A stretch of DNA of 63,975 nucleotides, counting the filler, from an uncultured Methanosarcinales archaeon (GTDB taxonomy: Archaea > Nanobdellota > Nanobdellia > Woesearchaeales > CAYSVS01): assembly GCA_964434475.1 (NCBI GenBank). It is 21 parts of 21 records of this genome, joined end to end, with 100 filler letters (N's around TTAATTAATTAA, not from the genome) between each part and the next. Parts side by side here need not be neighbours in the genome. Positions count along the whole stretch, not along the records: positions 8,429 to 12,129 come from CAYSVS010000089.1; positions 12,230 to 15,918 come from CAYSVS010000090.1; positions 16,019 to 19,586 come from CAYSVS010000091.1; positions 19,687 to 23,197 come from CAYSVS010000092.1; 17 more parts are not named here. The stretch is one strand, 5' to 3'. Of the stretch, positions 10,120 through 20,418 are shown piece by piece (the stretch's first letter is position 1; the number at the start of each line of letters is the position of its first letter). The notes beneath the pieces were generated by a model that was not told the DNA's origin, ran no database searches, and was given only the letters and a program-made list of their open reading frames with translations. A program made the position numbers and the translations under genes.

Positions 10120-10729
10120 TTTCTTTATCCTTCAAATCCCAAAAATCTGTATTTCTGTTCATAAGATATTCAAGACGTTTCCAAGAGACATAGCGTATCC
10201 TGTCATCATAAGTGAGTTTACAAACTTTTATACTTCCATTCTTCATCATGATATTGAATTCTTTGAAAGATATCTCAACTGTGCTCATCGTTTTTCTAAG
10301 CACATCAAATTTCTTAGAACAATCCCCAATAATTTCCGGATGATTAAAGCATTTTCTGGAACAGTAGTTTCCAATATATTCATTGATTGCTTTGTCAATT
10401 GCAGTTTTCTTTTTCTGCTTTAGTCTACCTCGTGCAGTCAGAAGATATTTAATTTCACCATAGCCAATGTCTTTTGGGAGTTTTTCTTTTATCTCTTTGA
10501 GAGAATCGCAATTAATAGCTGCCTCTTCAATAATTTTGATTTTATTCTGGTCTAATAATTCAGATAATTTTATCTTGTTATCTTCTAAAAGTCTTCTTAG
10601 GTGGCTTTCAATAGTAGAAAAAGCAAGTTTTCTTTTGTAAGCAATCTCAGGCATAGATTTTCCTTGTTTAAATAGGCTTAAAGTTAAATCTAAAGATTTT
10701 TCATGTTTTTCTTTTTGTTTTATGTTCAT
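10091..10729 (-). CDS. Helix-turn-helix protein (RecQ C-terminal HTH-like N-domain)
   Basis: TLSLFKQGKSMPEIAYKRKLAFSTIESHL...LKEIKEKL...YGEIK pattern. Confidence 0.75.
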   Translation of the reverse strand: MNIKQKEKHEKSLDLTLSLFKQGKSMPEIAYKRKLAFSTIESHLRRLLEDNKIKLSELLDQNKIKIIEEAAINCDSLKEIKEKLPKDIGYGEIKYLLTARGRLKQKKKTAIDKAINEYIGNYCSRKCFNHPEIIGDCSKKFDVLRKTMSTVEISFKEFNIMMKNGSIKVCKLTYDDRIRYVSWKRLEYLMNRNTDFWDLKDKENGSDKTIHI

Positions 10730-10988
10730 CTTTGCTTCTCAAAATTTCAGCAACGTATCTGCTCCTGTTGCTGCTATTGTTCTTTATCCCTTTTTTCTCA
10801 AAGTATTCATGCATTTCAGCTACATTTATCTGAACATCCACCACATTATGCCCTTGAGAGATCATATCTTTTTTTAGCTTTTCAGTGTGGTGTTTCATCT
10901 CTTCATAGTTTTTAAATCCAGAATCATCGACACTGTTTTGGCATTGTACCATCCAGTCAGCTTCAGTATAGTAGGGAATGCCAATCAC
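10701..10988 (-). CDS. Hypothetical protein
   Basis: Small ORF in co-oriented overlapping gene run; start may be slightly upstream. Confidence 0.6.
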   Translation of the reverse strand: MIGIPYYTEADWMVQCQNSVDDSGFKNYEEMKHHTEKLKKDMISQGHNVVDVQINVAEMHEYFEKKGIKNNSSNRSRYVAEILRSKDEHKTKRKT

Positions 10989-11026
10989 TGAATCTTTTTT
11001 TCTTCGACCATTTTTATAGCCACCTT

Positions 11027-11944
11027 TTAGTTTAAATCATATGTCCAGCAAGTTTTCATAAAACTTTCAAATCTTTCTGGCTCTAACTCTTTTGCTTTAT
11101 CAAGATATTCTTGATAGTTACTTTTTCCCATAAAATATGCAAGCTGTGCAGCTGAAACCAGATTGTCAAATCTTTCTTCTTTTTCAAGGGATTTTTTAAA
11201 TAACTGCATTGCTTTTCTTTCATTTTTATTAAATAATCTCAATCCTTTGAGATAATAAGCTTCCCAATGTTCGGGCCATATTTCTATTATTTGCTCGATC
11301 AACTCAAGTGATGCCCTATTTTTTCCGATCTGGCCTAAAGCTCCTGCTTTTATCAGCATCGCATCTCTGTTGTTCTCATCTATCTCAAGAATCTTATCGC
11401 ATATCTTGATTGCTTTTTTGTCATCACAGGTTGCATTCCTATGGTATCTTGCTTCATCTAACAAAGAAACTATTTTCATCTCTTCAGCAGAAAATCCACC
11501 TTCAAGATCTGTTTCAGCTGCATCACCATTCTCTTTTATATGTTCTTTAAACATCTCATAATGTTGTTTCAGCCTTTTGATGTAAATATCATCTTCAAGC
11601 AAAATATCTTTGAAAAGCTTTAATACTTCTTTAGCATATTTAGTGTTTGAACCTTCTGTCTGAAGAACAGGTCCCTTAAGGTCTTTGGCATGCTCTTCAT
11701 CCATCCAATCCTTATAATGCGATAAAGGTTCCCAGCCAAAACCAATAGTTGCTATTATATCATTATTGTGCACAACATTAAGAAATACCCTTCTGCAATC
11801 ACATTCTGGATCATTGCAGTAGCTTTCGACAAAAAAATACTCGCCTCTAGGAAGCTTGTATTTTGAGTCTTCTGGCAGAATTATGCACCTTGTCTCTTTT
11901 TTAGCAATATCTTCAAATCTTAGATCAAACGGCTCCATCATCAT
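11027..11944 (-). CDS. TPR-containing protein with N-terminal Cys-motif domain
   Basis: ESYCNDPECDCRRV motif; C-terminal TPR-like helices (AIKICDKILEID, EAYYLKG). Confidence 0.75.
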   Translation of the reverse strand: MMMEPFDLRFEDIAKKETRCIILPEDSKYKLPRGEYFFVESYCNDPECDCRRVFLNVVHNNDIIATIGFGWEPLSHYKDWMDEEHAKDLKGPVLQTEGSNTKYAKEVLKLFKDILLEDDIYIKRLKQHYEMFKEHIKENGDAAETDLEGGFSAEEMKIVSLLDEARYHRNATCDDKKAIKICDKILEIDENNRDAMLIKAGALGQIGKNRASLELIEQIIEIWPEHWEAYYLKGLRLFNKNERKAMQLFKKSLEKEERFDNLVSAAQLAYFMGKSNYQEYLDKAKELEPERFESFMKTCWTYDLN

Positions 11945-12229
11945 TTTTTATCACCTATATTTTTGATAGCAGTTTCAAGCATATCTTTCATCTTCTTTCT
12001 TATTTCTTCAGGCATATCATCCGCATTATCTAACTCATTCATTCCGTTTTCGATATAATACTTAGCCATTATTGGATTTTTATGAAAATAAATCTGAGCC
12101 ATGAATACATAAATAGGAATAAAATCGGGNNNNNNNNNNNNNNNNNNNNNNNNNNNNNNNNNNNNNNNNNNNNTTAATTAATTAANNNNNNNNNNNNNNN
12201 NNNNNNNNNNNNNNNNNNNNNNNNNNNNN

Positions 12230-12728
12230 CAGGATCGAACCATCTTTTGACACACAACAGAATTCAGCAATAATAAAATTCCAGAATGTTACTTCAGCCA
12301 GGATCATAGGTGCTGAACTGGACATCAAGACTTTGCTTTTTGGAGCTATCGGATTAGAGACCTCACTAACCGCCATGGACCCCCGGGACTTAACACTTGA
12401 TGAAACATTGAAGTACAGATCTAAATATTTATGGTATAACAGATTATATATACCAATCGGACAATTTGAGGTACAGACAGATTATCGATTCATATCAAAG
12501 ATGGAAAACGTAGATAATCGCTTGCTTATATACATACCGGATGCAGATGCTCTGGTTGACACACACGTACTGGACGCAAGAATCATCTGGAATTCAGAAG
12601 AAATTACGGGTTTTCCACTCAGATTTACTATAAATGCAAAAAATCTTCTGGATTATTATTACACAGAAATGGTTGGCAATCTTGCCCCGACACGCCACAT
12701 CAGTTTGCAGGTGGATGCGGGATTGTAA
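12230..12728 (+). CDS. TonB-dependent receptor C-terminal fragment (bacterial)
   Basis: FQNVTSARIIGAEL, LKYRSKY, INAKNLLDYYY beta-barrel terminal motifs; 5' cut by contig edge. Confidence 0.75.
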
Positions 12729-12893
12729 TTTGCAAATATTGAATTTCAAATAATTTTGCCGTTTATTCTTCAATAATAATTAAAAATTAGAATATTTTTT
12801 AAATTAAAGATCATGATACACTTATTAAAACTAATATCAATTGTTTTGCTTTTTAATGTTTCTCCTGACTTCCGCACTGGGACACCCAAACAA

Positions 12894-13904
12894 CTAGATA
12901 AGATTAAAAGTATCAATTAATAACTTTTGATCTTCGTTAGTTATAATGATTTTATCAAGAATATCTTTGTTCAAAGGTAAAACTATTTTGATAGAATAAA
13001 TTGTTTTAGCAATATTGATAGCTTTTTCCGGGCTCCAGTTTAATTTTTTTATTTTGAGCTGCCTTTCGATTTCTTTGTAAACTTTATAAGCCATAAAAGA
13101 TATACAAACATGTGCATCTATTCTGTGCTCAAGTCTATGATATATCGGTCTGATCTTTAAATCAGTCTTAGATATCCTAAATGCCTTTTCTATTTTCCAT
13201 AAATGCTTGTAATTGCTTATTACATCTTCTTTTGTCAATTCTGTATTAGTATAATATCCTTTCAGACCATCCCATTTAGCATCTTCATGATAAGCATCTT
13301 TGTCTATGCTTACTTTAGTCTCTCCTTCCATTGTTAAATATTTGTTATATCCACGCTTGTTTATATTTGCTTTCGTAAGCTTGCCTGATTTAATTTGTTT
13401 TTCAAGTCTTGCTAAACCTTTTTGTCTATTTTTCTTGTCTTTCTTTGCCCTGCTCTTGCTATAACTGATTATTAATTTAATGTTATTATCTTTTTCTATT
13501 ATCTTGCTTTTTCCATCTTTTAATTCTAAATTTAGTATCTTCTCTTTTATTGCTTTTGTTTCGGACTTGATCCTTGCCCCAAGAATAAAGTCATTGCCTT
13601 TCTCTTGTAACCGCTTTATATTCTTGCTTGATAGCAAGCCAGAATCTGCTATAATTGTTATGCAATTGATTTTATACTTTGATTTGAAGGATTCTATTAC
13701 TGGAATTAGCGTGTGACCTTCAAATTTGTTGCCTTCAAATACCTCATATGCTAAAGGATAACCCTCTATACTTACAAGTAAGCCAAGTACTATTTGTGGA
13801 TTTTGATGTTTGCCGTCTTTTGAAAATCCAGTCCTTCGTAGTTCATCCTCTTTGTTGATCTCAAAGTATAGTGTTGTTACATCATAGAACAATATACTAA
13901 TATT
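12894..13904 (-). pseudogene. IS1634 transposase, C-terminal part
   Basis: FYDVTTLYFE, GFSKDGK, IIADSGL, YKHLWKIEKAFRISKTDLKIRPIYH. Confidence 0.9.
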
Positions 13905-15307
13905 GGTAAAGTCCATATCTTTGTGTAAAAAATAAAAAAGGTATCACTCCAAAGTTTTATATTTGAAATTGAATTTAATAACAAAACAAGGAGCAATACC
14001 ATGAAATGCAAATTAAAACCTTCTGACCAATTAACCAAGATATTGGAAGAGATACTATTATCAGAGAAAGAGAATCTGATGGCAGAGCTAATAATAACAG
14101 CAACAGAAAAGATAGCACAGGAAGCTTTAGAGAGTGAAATGAGCGACTTTCTGGGTAGAGGTTGGTATGAACATACCCCAGATGATTTTCGTGGCTACAG
14201 GAACGGTTATCAGCCAAAAAGATATAAAACAGCTGAAGGTGTGCTGAATCTGATAAAACCAAGAGTACGGGGAAATGAAACACCATTTGAGAGCCAGATA
14301 ATGAAGCGTCTGAATGTAATAGAAGAGAAACTAAAGCATATAGCGTTAGAAAGCTACGTAAGAGGATTATCTACACGTGATATAGAAGAAACATTCCAGG
14401 ATGACCAAGGGAAAGCTCTTCTATCAAGAAGTAGTGTCAGCCAGATGTCAAGCAAGCTGTATAAGGATTATGAGGAATTTGCATCGAGGGATCTGTCGAA
14501 CTATGATGTAGTATATATGTATGTAGATGCAGTATATGAATCGGTAAAACAGTACACAAACAAGCAGGCGATCTTTTGCTGCTGGGCGATATGCTCTGAC
14601 GGAACGAAGCAACTATTGCACATAATGGCAGCAGATAAGGAAAAGACAGACAGCTGGAATGTATTTTTCGAGGATATGCTCAATCGTGGTTTAAGACAAC
14701 CGCTATTGATCGTCAGCGATGGTTCGCAGGCGTTAATAAGAGCAATAACTGAATCATTTCCGAGGGCAGAGAGACAGCGTTGTATAGCACATAAGATGCG
14801 TAATCTGCTTGCAAAAATACCACAAGATTCGCAGACAAAGATAAAGAACGAAATACATTCGATATATTACGCACCAGACAGGGATACTGCAGACGTATTG
14901 TCGGAGAAATTCATAAAGAACTATGCAGATGTATATCCATCAATGATAAAGTGCTTTATGGATGACCTGAATGCTTGTTTAACGCATTTGAAATATCCTG
15001 AGGGGCATCAAAAATACATCAGAACTACAAATTTAATAGAGCGTGCGTTCGTTGAGGAGAAGCGAAGGACTAAGATCATACCTCAACATATAAACGAGAA
15101 AGGAGCGATTGGATTAGTCTTTTCTGTATTGATTAGAGCTGCTAAGAAATGGCGAAAGATAACGATGAGCGAACTTGACTTAACTCAGCTACTCCATTTG
15201 CGAAAGCTGATGGTACCTGAGATAACAGATGATAATAAAATCTCATACAAAACTGTTGCGTGATACTATGAGAAATTTTATTTTTACACACAAAAAAAGA
15301 CTTGACC
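13905..15307 (+). mobile_element. IS256-family element
   Basis: Imperfect TIRs GGTAAAGTC...GTGTAAAAA / TTTTTACAC...GACTTGACC; 8-bp target duplication CTAATATT at 13897-13904 and 15308-15315. Confidence 0.93.
14001..15263 (+). CDS. IS256-family (Mutator-like) transposase
   Basis: YRNGY, YVRGLSTRDI, YVDA, VSDG, QRCIAHKMRN, RTTNLIER. Confidence 0.95.
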   Translation: MKCKLKPSDQLTKILEEILLSEKENLMAELIITATEKIAQEALESEMSDFLGRGWYEHTPDDFRGYRNGYQPKRYKTAEGVLNLIKPRVRGNETPFESQIMKRLNVIEEKLKHIALESYVRGLSTRDIEETFQDDQGKALLSRSSVSQMSSKLYKDYEEFASRDLSNYDVVYMYVDAVYESVKQYTNKQAIFCCWAICSDGTKQLLHIMAADKEKTDSWNVFFEDMLNRGLRQPLLIVSDGSQALIRAITESFPRAERQRCIAHKMRNLLAKIPQDSQTKIKNEIHSIYYAPDRDTADVLSEKFIKNYADVYPSMIKCFMDDLNACLTHLKYPEGHQKYIRTTNLIERAFVEEKRRTKIIPQHINEKGAIGLVFSVLIRAAKKWRKITMSELDLTQLLHLRKLMVPEITDDNKISYKTVA

Positions 15308-15846
15308 CTAATATTGCTTGATAATATTTCTAGCGTATGTTCATAGCTTAACTGCTGTATTCTTTCCTTCTGGTGCTTTATTAATTTGTCTAAATATCTG
15401 TATATTCTATCTACATCTATTTCTATACAATGATATCTGTATAGATATTCTGTAGTTTTTAGCTTGCTTACAGGAAAGCATATTCTCGACATTACCAGTT
15501 GCTTTAGTAATTCTTCTTCTATCTTATCAAATCCTATTTCCTCGTATATCTTGCCTATTAAAAGTTCAGTTCCTTTTATGTTTATCTGTTCTATGTTATT
15601 CAACAACCCGTCTATTTGTTTCTTCTCTTCTACAAAATCTATTTCTAACTGTGCTAATTTGCTCTTTATCCAATCTCTGCCTTCTTTTATATATCTTTCT
15701 AACTGCTCAGGATGCGATGAACAACCTATCGTTTTCAGTACTTTATACTTCCCCGTACTCTTATCTATTATCTGTACACTTATTTTCCCGCTTTTGTTCT
15801 TTTTCTTTCTTAAAAACACTTTTTCACCCTGGGACACCCTGACCAA
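15308..15846 (-). pseudogene. IS1634 transposase, N-terminal part
   Basis: FLRKKKNKSGKISVQIIDK, SRICFPVSKLKT, IYRYLDKL; joins in frame to the C-terminal part when IS256 and one duplication copy are removed. Confidence 0.88.
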
Positions 15847-16018
15847 AAATACAAATATAGTGTTTATGCGGGTTCCCAGCTATTTTTTTCTTCATTTTTT
15901 AAATGTGCGGAAGTCAGGNNNNNNNNNNNNNNNNNNNNNNNNNNNNNNNNNNNNNNNNNNNNTTAATTAATTAANNNNNNNNNNNNNNNNNNNNNNNNNN
16001 NNNNNNNNNNNNNNNNNN

Positions 16019-16068
16019 TTATAAACCAACTTGATCAAATAAATTTTGCAGAATTATCGAATTTCACA
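16019..16068. repeat. Contig-end repeat A copy
   Basis: Matches 1-53. Confidence 0.85.
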
Positions 16069-17902
16069 CTTTTGGTTCTCCATGGACCAGAACAATCTGT
16101 TTAGGCTCTCTGAACAAGATTCCTCGTAAATCGTGAGCTTGAGCATGTGCTGATAATGGATTTTTAACTATCTTAGCATACATTTGTTTTTGAGAGTTAT
16201 CGCTGAATTTGACATTTGATGTTCTTGATATTTGCAATAACTGTCTTCCTAAAGTGCCGTATGCTTGATAACCTACAAGAATGATCTTGTTTTTTTCATC
16301 TTCAATAGTATTTTTTATGTAATTTTCTGCTAATCCCATACACATTCCGCTTGTTGTTACGATTACTTTTGGATCCTTATTTTTCGTGAGTTGATCTCTT
16401 TCTTTTGAATTTACAATCTTGAGTCTTTTGTTTTTCAACAGGTTTTTGCCAGGATTCATAAGAACATCACTTTTTTCATTGTCTAATATGTTTTGTACAA
16501 TAGGATTTATTTTTTTTATCATTCCATCTATATAAATATCGTAATTTGGTTCTTGTTCCAATAATGTATATATTACTTCTTGAGATCTTCCTAATGCAAA
16601 TGCAGGTATTATTACTGTGCCGTCTTTAGAGATAGTTTCATTCACTTCACTAATTAGTGATTTTTTAAGTTCAGAGAAAGTCATTGAATCATTGAAGTTC
16701 CCATATGTTGATTCACTGATTATTGTTGTATGTTGAGATCCAATCTCTGCAGCTTTAAGCATATTTGTATTCTGCTTATTGAAGTCTCCAGTGTATAGTA
16801 TGTTGAAATCCTTGTATCTTATCTCAACCATACTGCTTCCTATGATATGTCCAGCATTTAATAATTTTGCAGTGATTCCTGGTTCGATTTCAATCTCTTG
16901 TTCATAATCTACGTATTCTATATTTTTGAGAACTCTATCTATGCTTTCTTTTTCATAAGGTATGAAACTTTCATTTTGCATGCTGAAAACTTTATGATAG
17001 TCATGAAGCATTATTGGAATTATGTCTTTGTTGAACTTTTGCATGTATACTTTGCCCTTATAACCTTGTTCGAATAGTTTTGGAAGAGCGCTTAAATGAT
17101 TAGCATGAGCATGAGTGATTATTACAGAATTAAGCTTTTCGATATCTATGAGTTCGGATAAAGGATATTGTTTTTCTTCATTTCGAGAGAATGAAACGCC
17201 ATAATCTATCAATAAGTTAATCCCTTTTGGAAACTTGAACCTGAAAGCAGATCTTCCTACCTCTCCGCATCCTCCCATACCTAATAATTGTACGAATTCT
17301 TGTTCATATTCCCTGATTTCTTTTTTGGTAGATAAAGAGTTATTATTTTGAATTTGTGTTGTTCTTGAATGAGTTGCTAACTCTCGACGGTCTTCTGAAT
17401 GTTTGACTTTTAAGTTCCAACCTATGTTATCACACATCCATCTGAAGCTAAATGGGATATTTTTGTTTTTTTCAAAAAAATCTTCTTTATTTTCACATAT
17501 GCTGTATATTACTGCTTCGCCTTTGTCTTCTTCTAAGTTTAATGTCTCGTAATCAAGCAGATTATTCTTGTCAGAGTTTTTTAATATATTGACTACATCT
17601 TCTAAATTTTTTCTTGCTGATTTTGCAGGCATTATATGTATTATGCCATCTATTTCCTGATCTCTAAATTGATCTTTTAATTTTCCCATAAAATCTTTGC
17701 TTATACCTAAAGAAGGTGCAGTAGTATAGATGTTTATTGTATTTCGAAAATCATTATCATATTCTAATTTAATGTCTTCGATCAATTCTTCAATATTTCT
17801 ATTTTCTTGAAATGTCCTTAATTCTCTATTCTGCGTCATATTTCTAAACAATTCTTTGAATAAATCTTTAATTAGGTATTGTTCGAAATAATCTGTGTCC
17901 AT
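16064..17902 (-). CDS. Metallo-beta-lactamase/beta-CASP ribonuclease-like protein with N-terminal extension; C-terminus clipped by repeat A
   Basis: GGCGEVGRSA, THAHANH, AGHIIGS, YTGDF, ESTYG, FALGRSQE, SAHA, LVHGE; stop codon lies inside repeat A. Confidence 0.88.
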   Translation of the reverse strand: MDTDYFEQYLIKDLFKELFRNMTQNRELRTFQENRNIEELIEDIKLEYDNDFRNTINIYTTAPSLGISKDFMGKLKDQFRDQEIDGIIHIMPAKSARKNLEDVVNILKNSDKNNLLDYETLNLEEDKGEAVIYSICENKEDFFEKNKNIPFSFRWMCDNIGWNLKVKHSEDRRELATHSRTTQIQNNNSLSTKKEIREYEQEFVQLLGMGGCGEVGRSAFRFKFPKGINLLIDYGVSFSRNEEKQYPLSELIDIEKLNSVIITHAHANHLSALPKLFEQGYKGKVYMQKFNKDIIPIMLHDYHKVFSMQNESFIPYEKESIDRVLKNIEYVDYEQEIEIEPGITAKLLNAGHIIGSSMVEIRYKDFNILYTGDFNKQNTNMLKAAEIGSQHTTIISESTYGNFNDSMTFSELKKSLISEVNETISKDGTVIIPAFALGRSQEVIYTLLEQEPNYDIYIDGMIKKINPIVQNILDNEKSDVLMNPGKNLLKNKRLKIVNSKERDQLTKNKDPKVIVTTSGMCMGLAENYIKNTIEDEKNKIILVGYQAYGTLGRQLLQISRTSNVKFSDNSQKQMYAKIVKNPLSAHAQAHDLRGILFREPKQIVLVHGEPKV

Positions 17903-18141
17903 TTTATGTTTGTAAGAGGAACCATACTTAAAAAAGTAATCTTTTTTGCTTATATTTTATCTCTATTTTCATGATGATGAGAAATTGCAGTTTTTTATTC
18001 CAATCAGAATATTCTAAGTAACAATATTTATATATGTGGAATTTTGAATCGCAACTAGTAAGTTAAATAAGGTGATATGTATGAAACAAAAAAATCTTCA
18101 TCAAGATTTTTAAGTTTCATTTTTTCACTGGAGGTTCGAAA

Positions 18142-19362
18142 ATGAAGAAAGGAAAATATTATTTTACTTCTGAATCAGTTACAGAAGGACATCCAGACAA
18201 ACTTTGCGATCAGATATCTGATGCTATACTAGACGTTTGCTTAGCAGAAGATCCTATGTCAAGGGTTGCTTGCGAAGCAGTAACAAAGACAGGTATGGTG
18301 CTGGTCTGCGGTGAATTGACAACAAAAGCATATGTTGATATTCCTAAGGTTGTAAGAAAAACTATCCAGGAAGTAGGCTATACAAAAGCAGAATATGGAA
18401 TAGAGCATGAAACTTGTAGTGTATTGACAGCTATATCTGAACAAAGCCCAGACATAGCGCAGGGTGTTAATGAAGAAAAGTATGAAGGCAAAGATTCAGC
18501 AGAGCAAGGTGCAGGAGACCAAGGTATGATGTTTGGTTATGCAACAAACGAAACAGAAACATACATGCCTCTGCCTATCAAGTTAGCTCATGAACTGACT
18601 AAAAAGTTGGCTGACGTAAGGAAAGCAGGAGAAATATCCTGGATCAGACCAGATGGAAAAAGCCAAGTTACTATAGAGTATGAAGACGGCAAACCTATCA
18701 GGGCAGATGCGATATTGATATCAACACAGCATGATGATGATATTACACATGATAATATTAAAGCAGAGATAATCGAGAAAGTCATCAAGCCTGTTTGCGG
18801 TAAATGGCTGGATGAAAACACCAAGTTTTGGGTTAACCCGACCGGAAAATTTGTCAGAGGAGGACCTTATGCTGATGCGGGTTTGACAGGAAGGAAAATT
18901 ATCGTCGATACTTACGGCGGACATGGAAGCCATGGCGGCGGAGCTTTTTCAGGCAAAGATCCAAGTAAGGTTGATAGATCAGCAGCTTATGCTGCAAGAT
19001 ATATTGCAAAGAACATAGTTGCAGCTGGATTGGCTGATAAATGTGAAGTGCAGTTGGCTTATGCAATCGGTGTTGCTGACCCTATGTCTGTTTTAGTGCA
19101 TTGTTTTGGTACTGCGAAGCTTGACGAGGATAAATTATCTGAGCTAGTAAGAAAGCACTTTCCGGTAAAGCCTGCCAACATCTTAAAAGAATTGGATTTA
19201 AGAAAACCAATATTCCGAAAAACAGCAGCTTATGGTCATTTTGGCAGGGAGGAATTTCCTTGGGAAAAATTGAACAAGGTTGAAGCCTTGAAAGCAGATG
19301 CTGCTCAATTCTTGCATGCGCCAGAGCAGAAAGGTGAAGAAGTGCCATTGGATGGAGCTTAG
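18142..19362 (+). CDS. metK: S-adenosylmethionine synthetase, bacterial/eukaryotic type
   Basis: [61 protein letters not shown]. Confidence 0.97.
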   Translation: MKKGKYYFTSESVTEGHPDKLCDQISDAILDVCLAEDPMSRVACEAVTKTGMVLVCGELTTKAYVDIPKVVRKTIQEVGYTKAEYGIEHETCSVLTAISEQSPDIAQGVNEEKYEGKDSAEQGAGDQGMMFGYATNETETYMPLPIKLAHELTKKLADVRKAGEISWIRPDGKSQVTIEYEDGKPIRADAILISTQHDDDITHDNIKAEIIEKVIKPVCGKWLDENTKFWVNPTGKFVRGGPYADAGLTGRKIIVDTYGGHGSHGGGAFSGKDPSKVDRSAAYAARYIAKNIVAAGLADKCEVQLAYAIGVADPMSVLVHCFGTAKLDEDKLSELVRKHFPVKPANILKELDLRKPIFRKTAAYGHFGREEFPWEKLNKVEALKADAAQFLHAPEQKGEEVPLDGA

Positions 19363-19535
19363 ATTTTTTCTCTTATTTTTTTCTATTTATTTTAGTTGTA
19401 TAATTATATTTCTGCATTTTGAGAGGAATATTGGTGTTTGTTTGATTATATCTTTATTATCCATATTCAATGAAAAAAATTTGTTTTTGCCTTGTATCTT
19501 GCTTTTTAAATTAGACTTGTGTTCAAGATCATTAA

Positions 19536-19586
19536 GGGAACTTTGCAAAATTAGCAAAAACGTAAACTCTATATATCTACTTGATA
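19536..19586. repeat. Contig-end repeat C copy
   Basis: Matches other C copies; preceded by TAA. Confidence 0.85.
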
Positions 19587-19686
19587 NNNNNNNNNNNNNN
19601 NNNNNNNNNNNNNNNNNNNNNNNNNNNNNNTTAATTAATTAANNNNNNNNNNNNNNNNNNNNNNNNNNNNNNNNNNNNNNNNNNNN

Positions 19687-20222
19687 GTCCAGCGATAGCA
19701 CCAACAGAAACAAGTACAAAAACCTTTGAAAGGATTGTTTCGGCTCCTATATTTTTGTGGGCAATTATTTTTGGAGACATATTGGCATCATTTTTATTTG
19801 GACTCTTTATAACTGCATTTGTCTTCTTGTTAGGAATTGCTTTATTGGGAACAGGGTTTATAACATTAAGTCTGCTGATAGGTACAGTCTTGGCTTCTTT
19901 TTGTTTTTCAGCATTTGGGCTAGTCTTATCTGCACCACCAACTGATAAACCGTCCAACATAATGATGCTGTCTTCTCTAATAAAATTTCCTTTAATTTTC
20001 ATAAGCGGAGTGTTTATTCCTCTCAGCCAAATGCCTGGTGCAAGCAGATTTATTTCATTTATTTCTCCTCTAACATATTATACAGACATAGCAAGATACT
20101 CTGTCGAAGGCATTAGTTATTTTCCTCCATTCATTAACTTATTGGTCCTTTCAGGATTTACTGTTTTGTTTTTTGCTGTAGCTATTATCTGGCATAAAAA
20201 GAGTCTGGCTAAAAGGTTTTAG
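19687..20222 (+). CDS. ABC-2 type transporter permease, C-terminal part (5' cut by contig edge)
   Basis: Multiple TM segments, PLIFISGVFIPL, SPLTY motifs. Confidence 0.85.
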
Positions 20223-20418
20223 GCAAGATGCGAGTGCAATCTTAAATAAGTCTTTTTATATCTTTTAGATTCATTGTAAAATAGGTATCATAGTTTTAGC
20301 TTCAATCCTGTATTAGTTTATTCTATATTAGCATATTTAATATTAAAATAAATGGAATGACATGATTCTTTTTGTTTTATATGGATATTAGAATCCAGAT
20401 TGCTAATCAATAAGAGCT

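Larger units (their letters stand above)
12864..15918 (-). mobile_element. IS1634-family element interrupted by IS256
   Basis: Terminal inverted repeat CCTGACTTCCGCAC (from 12864) / GTGCGGAAGTCAGG (to 15918); split transposase. Confidence 0.9.
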
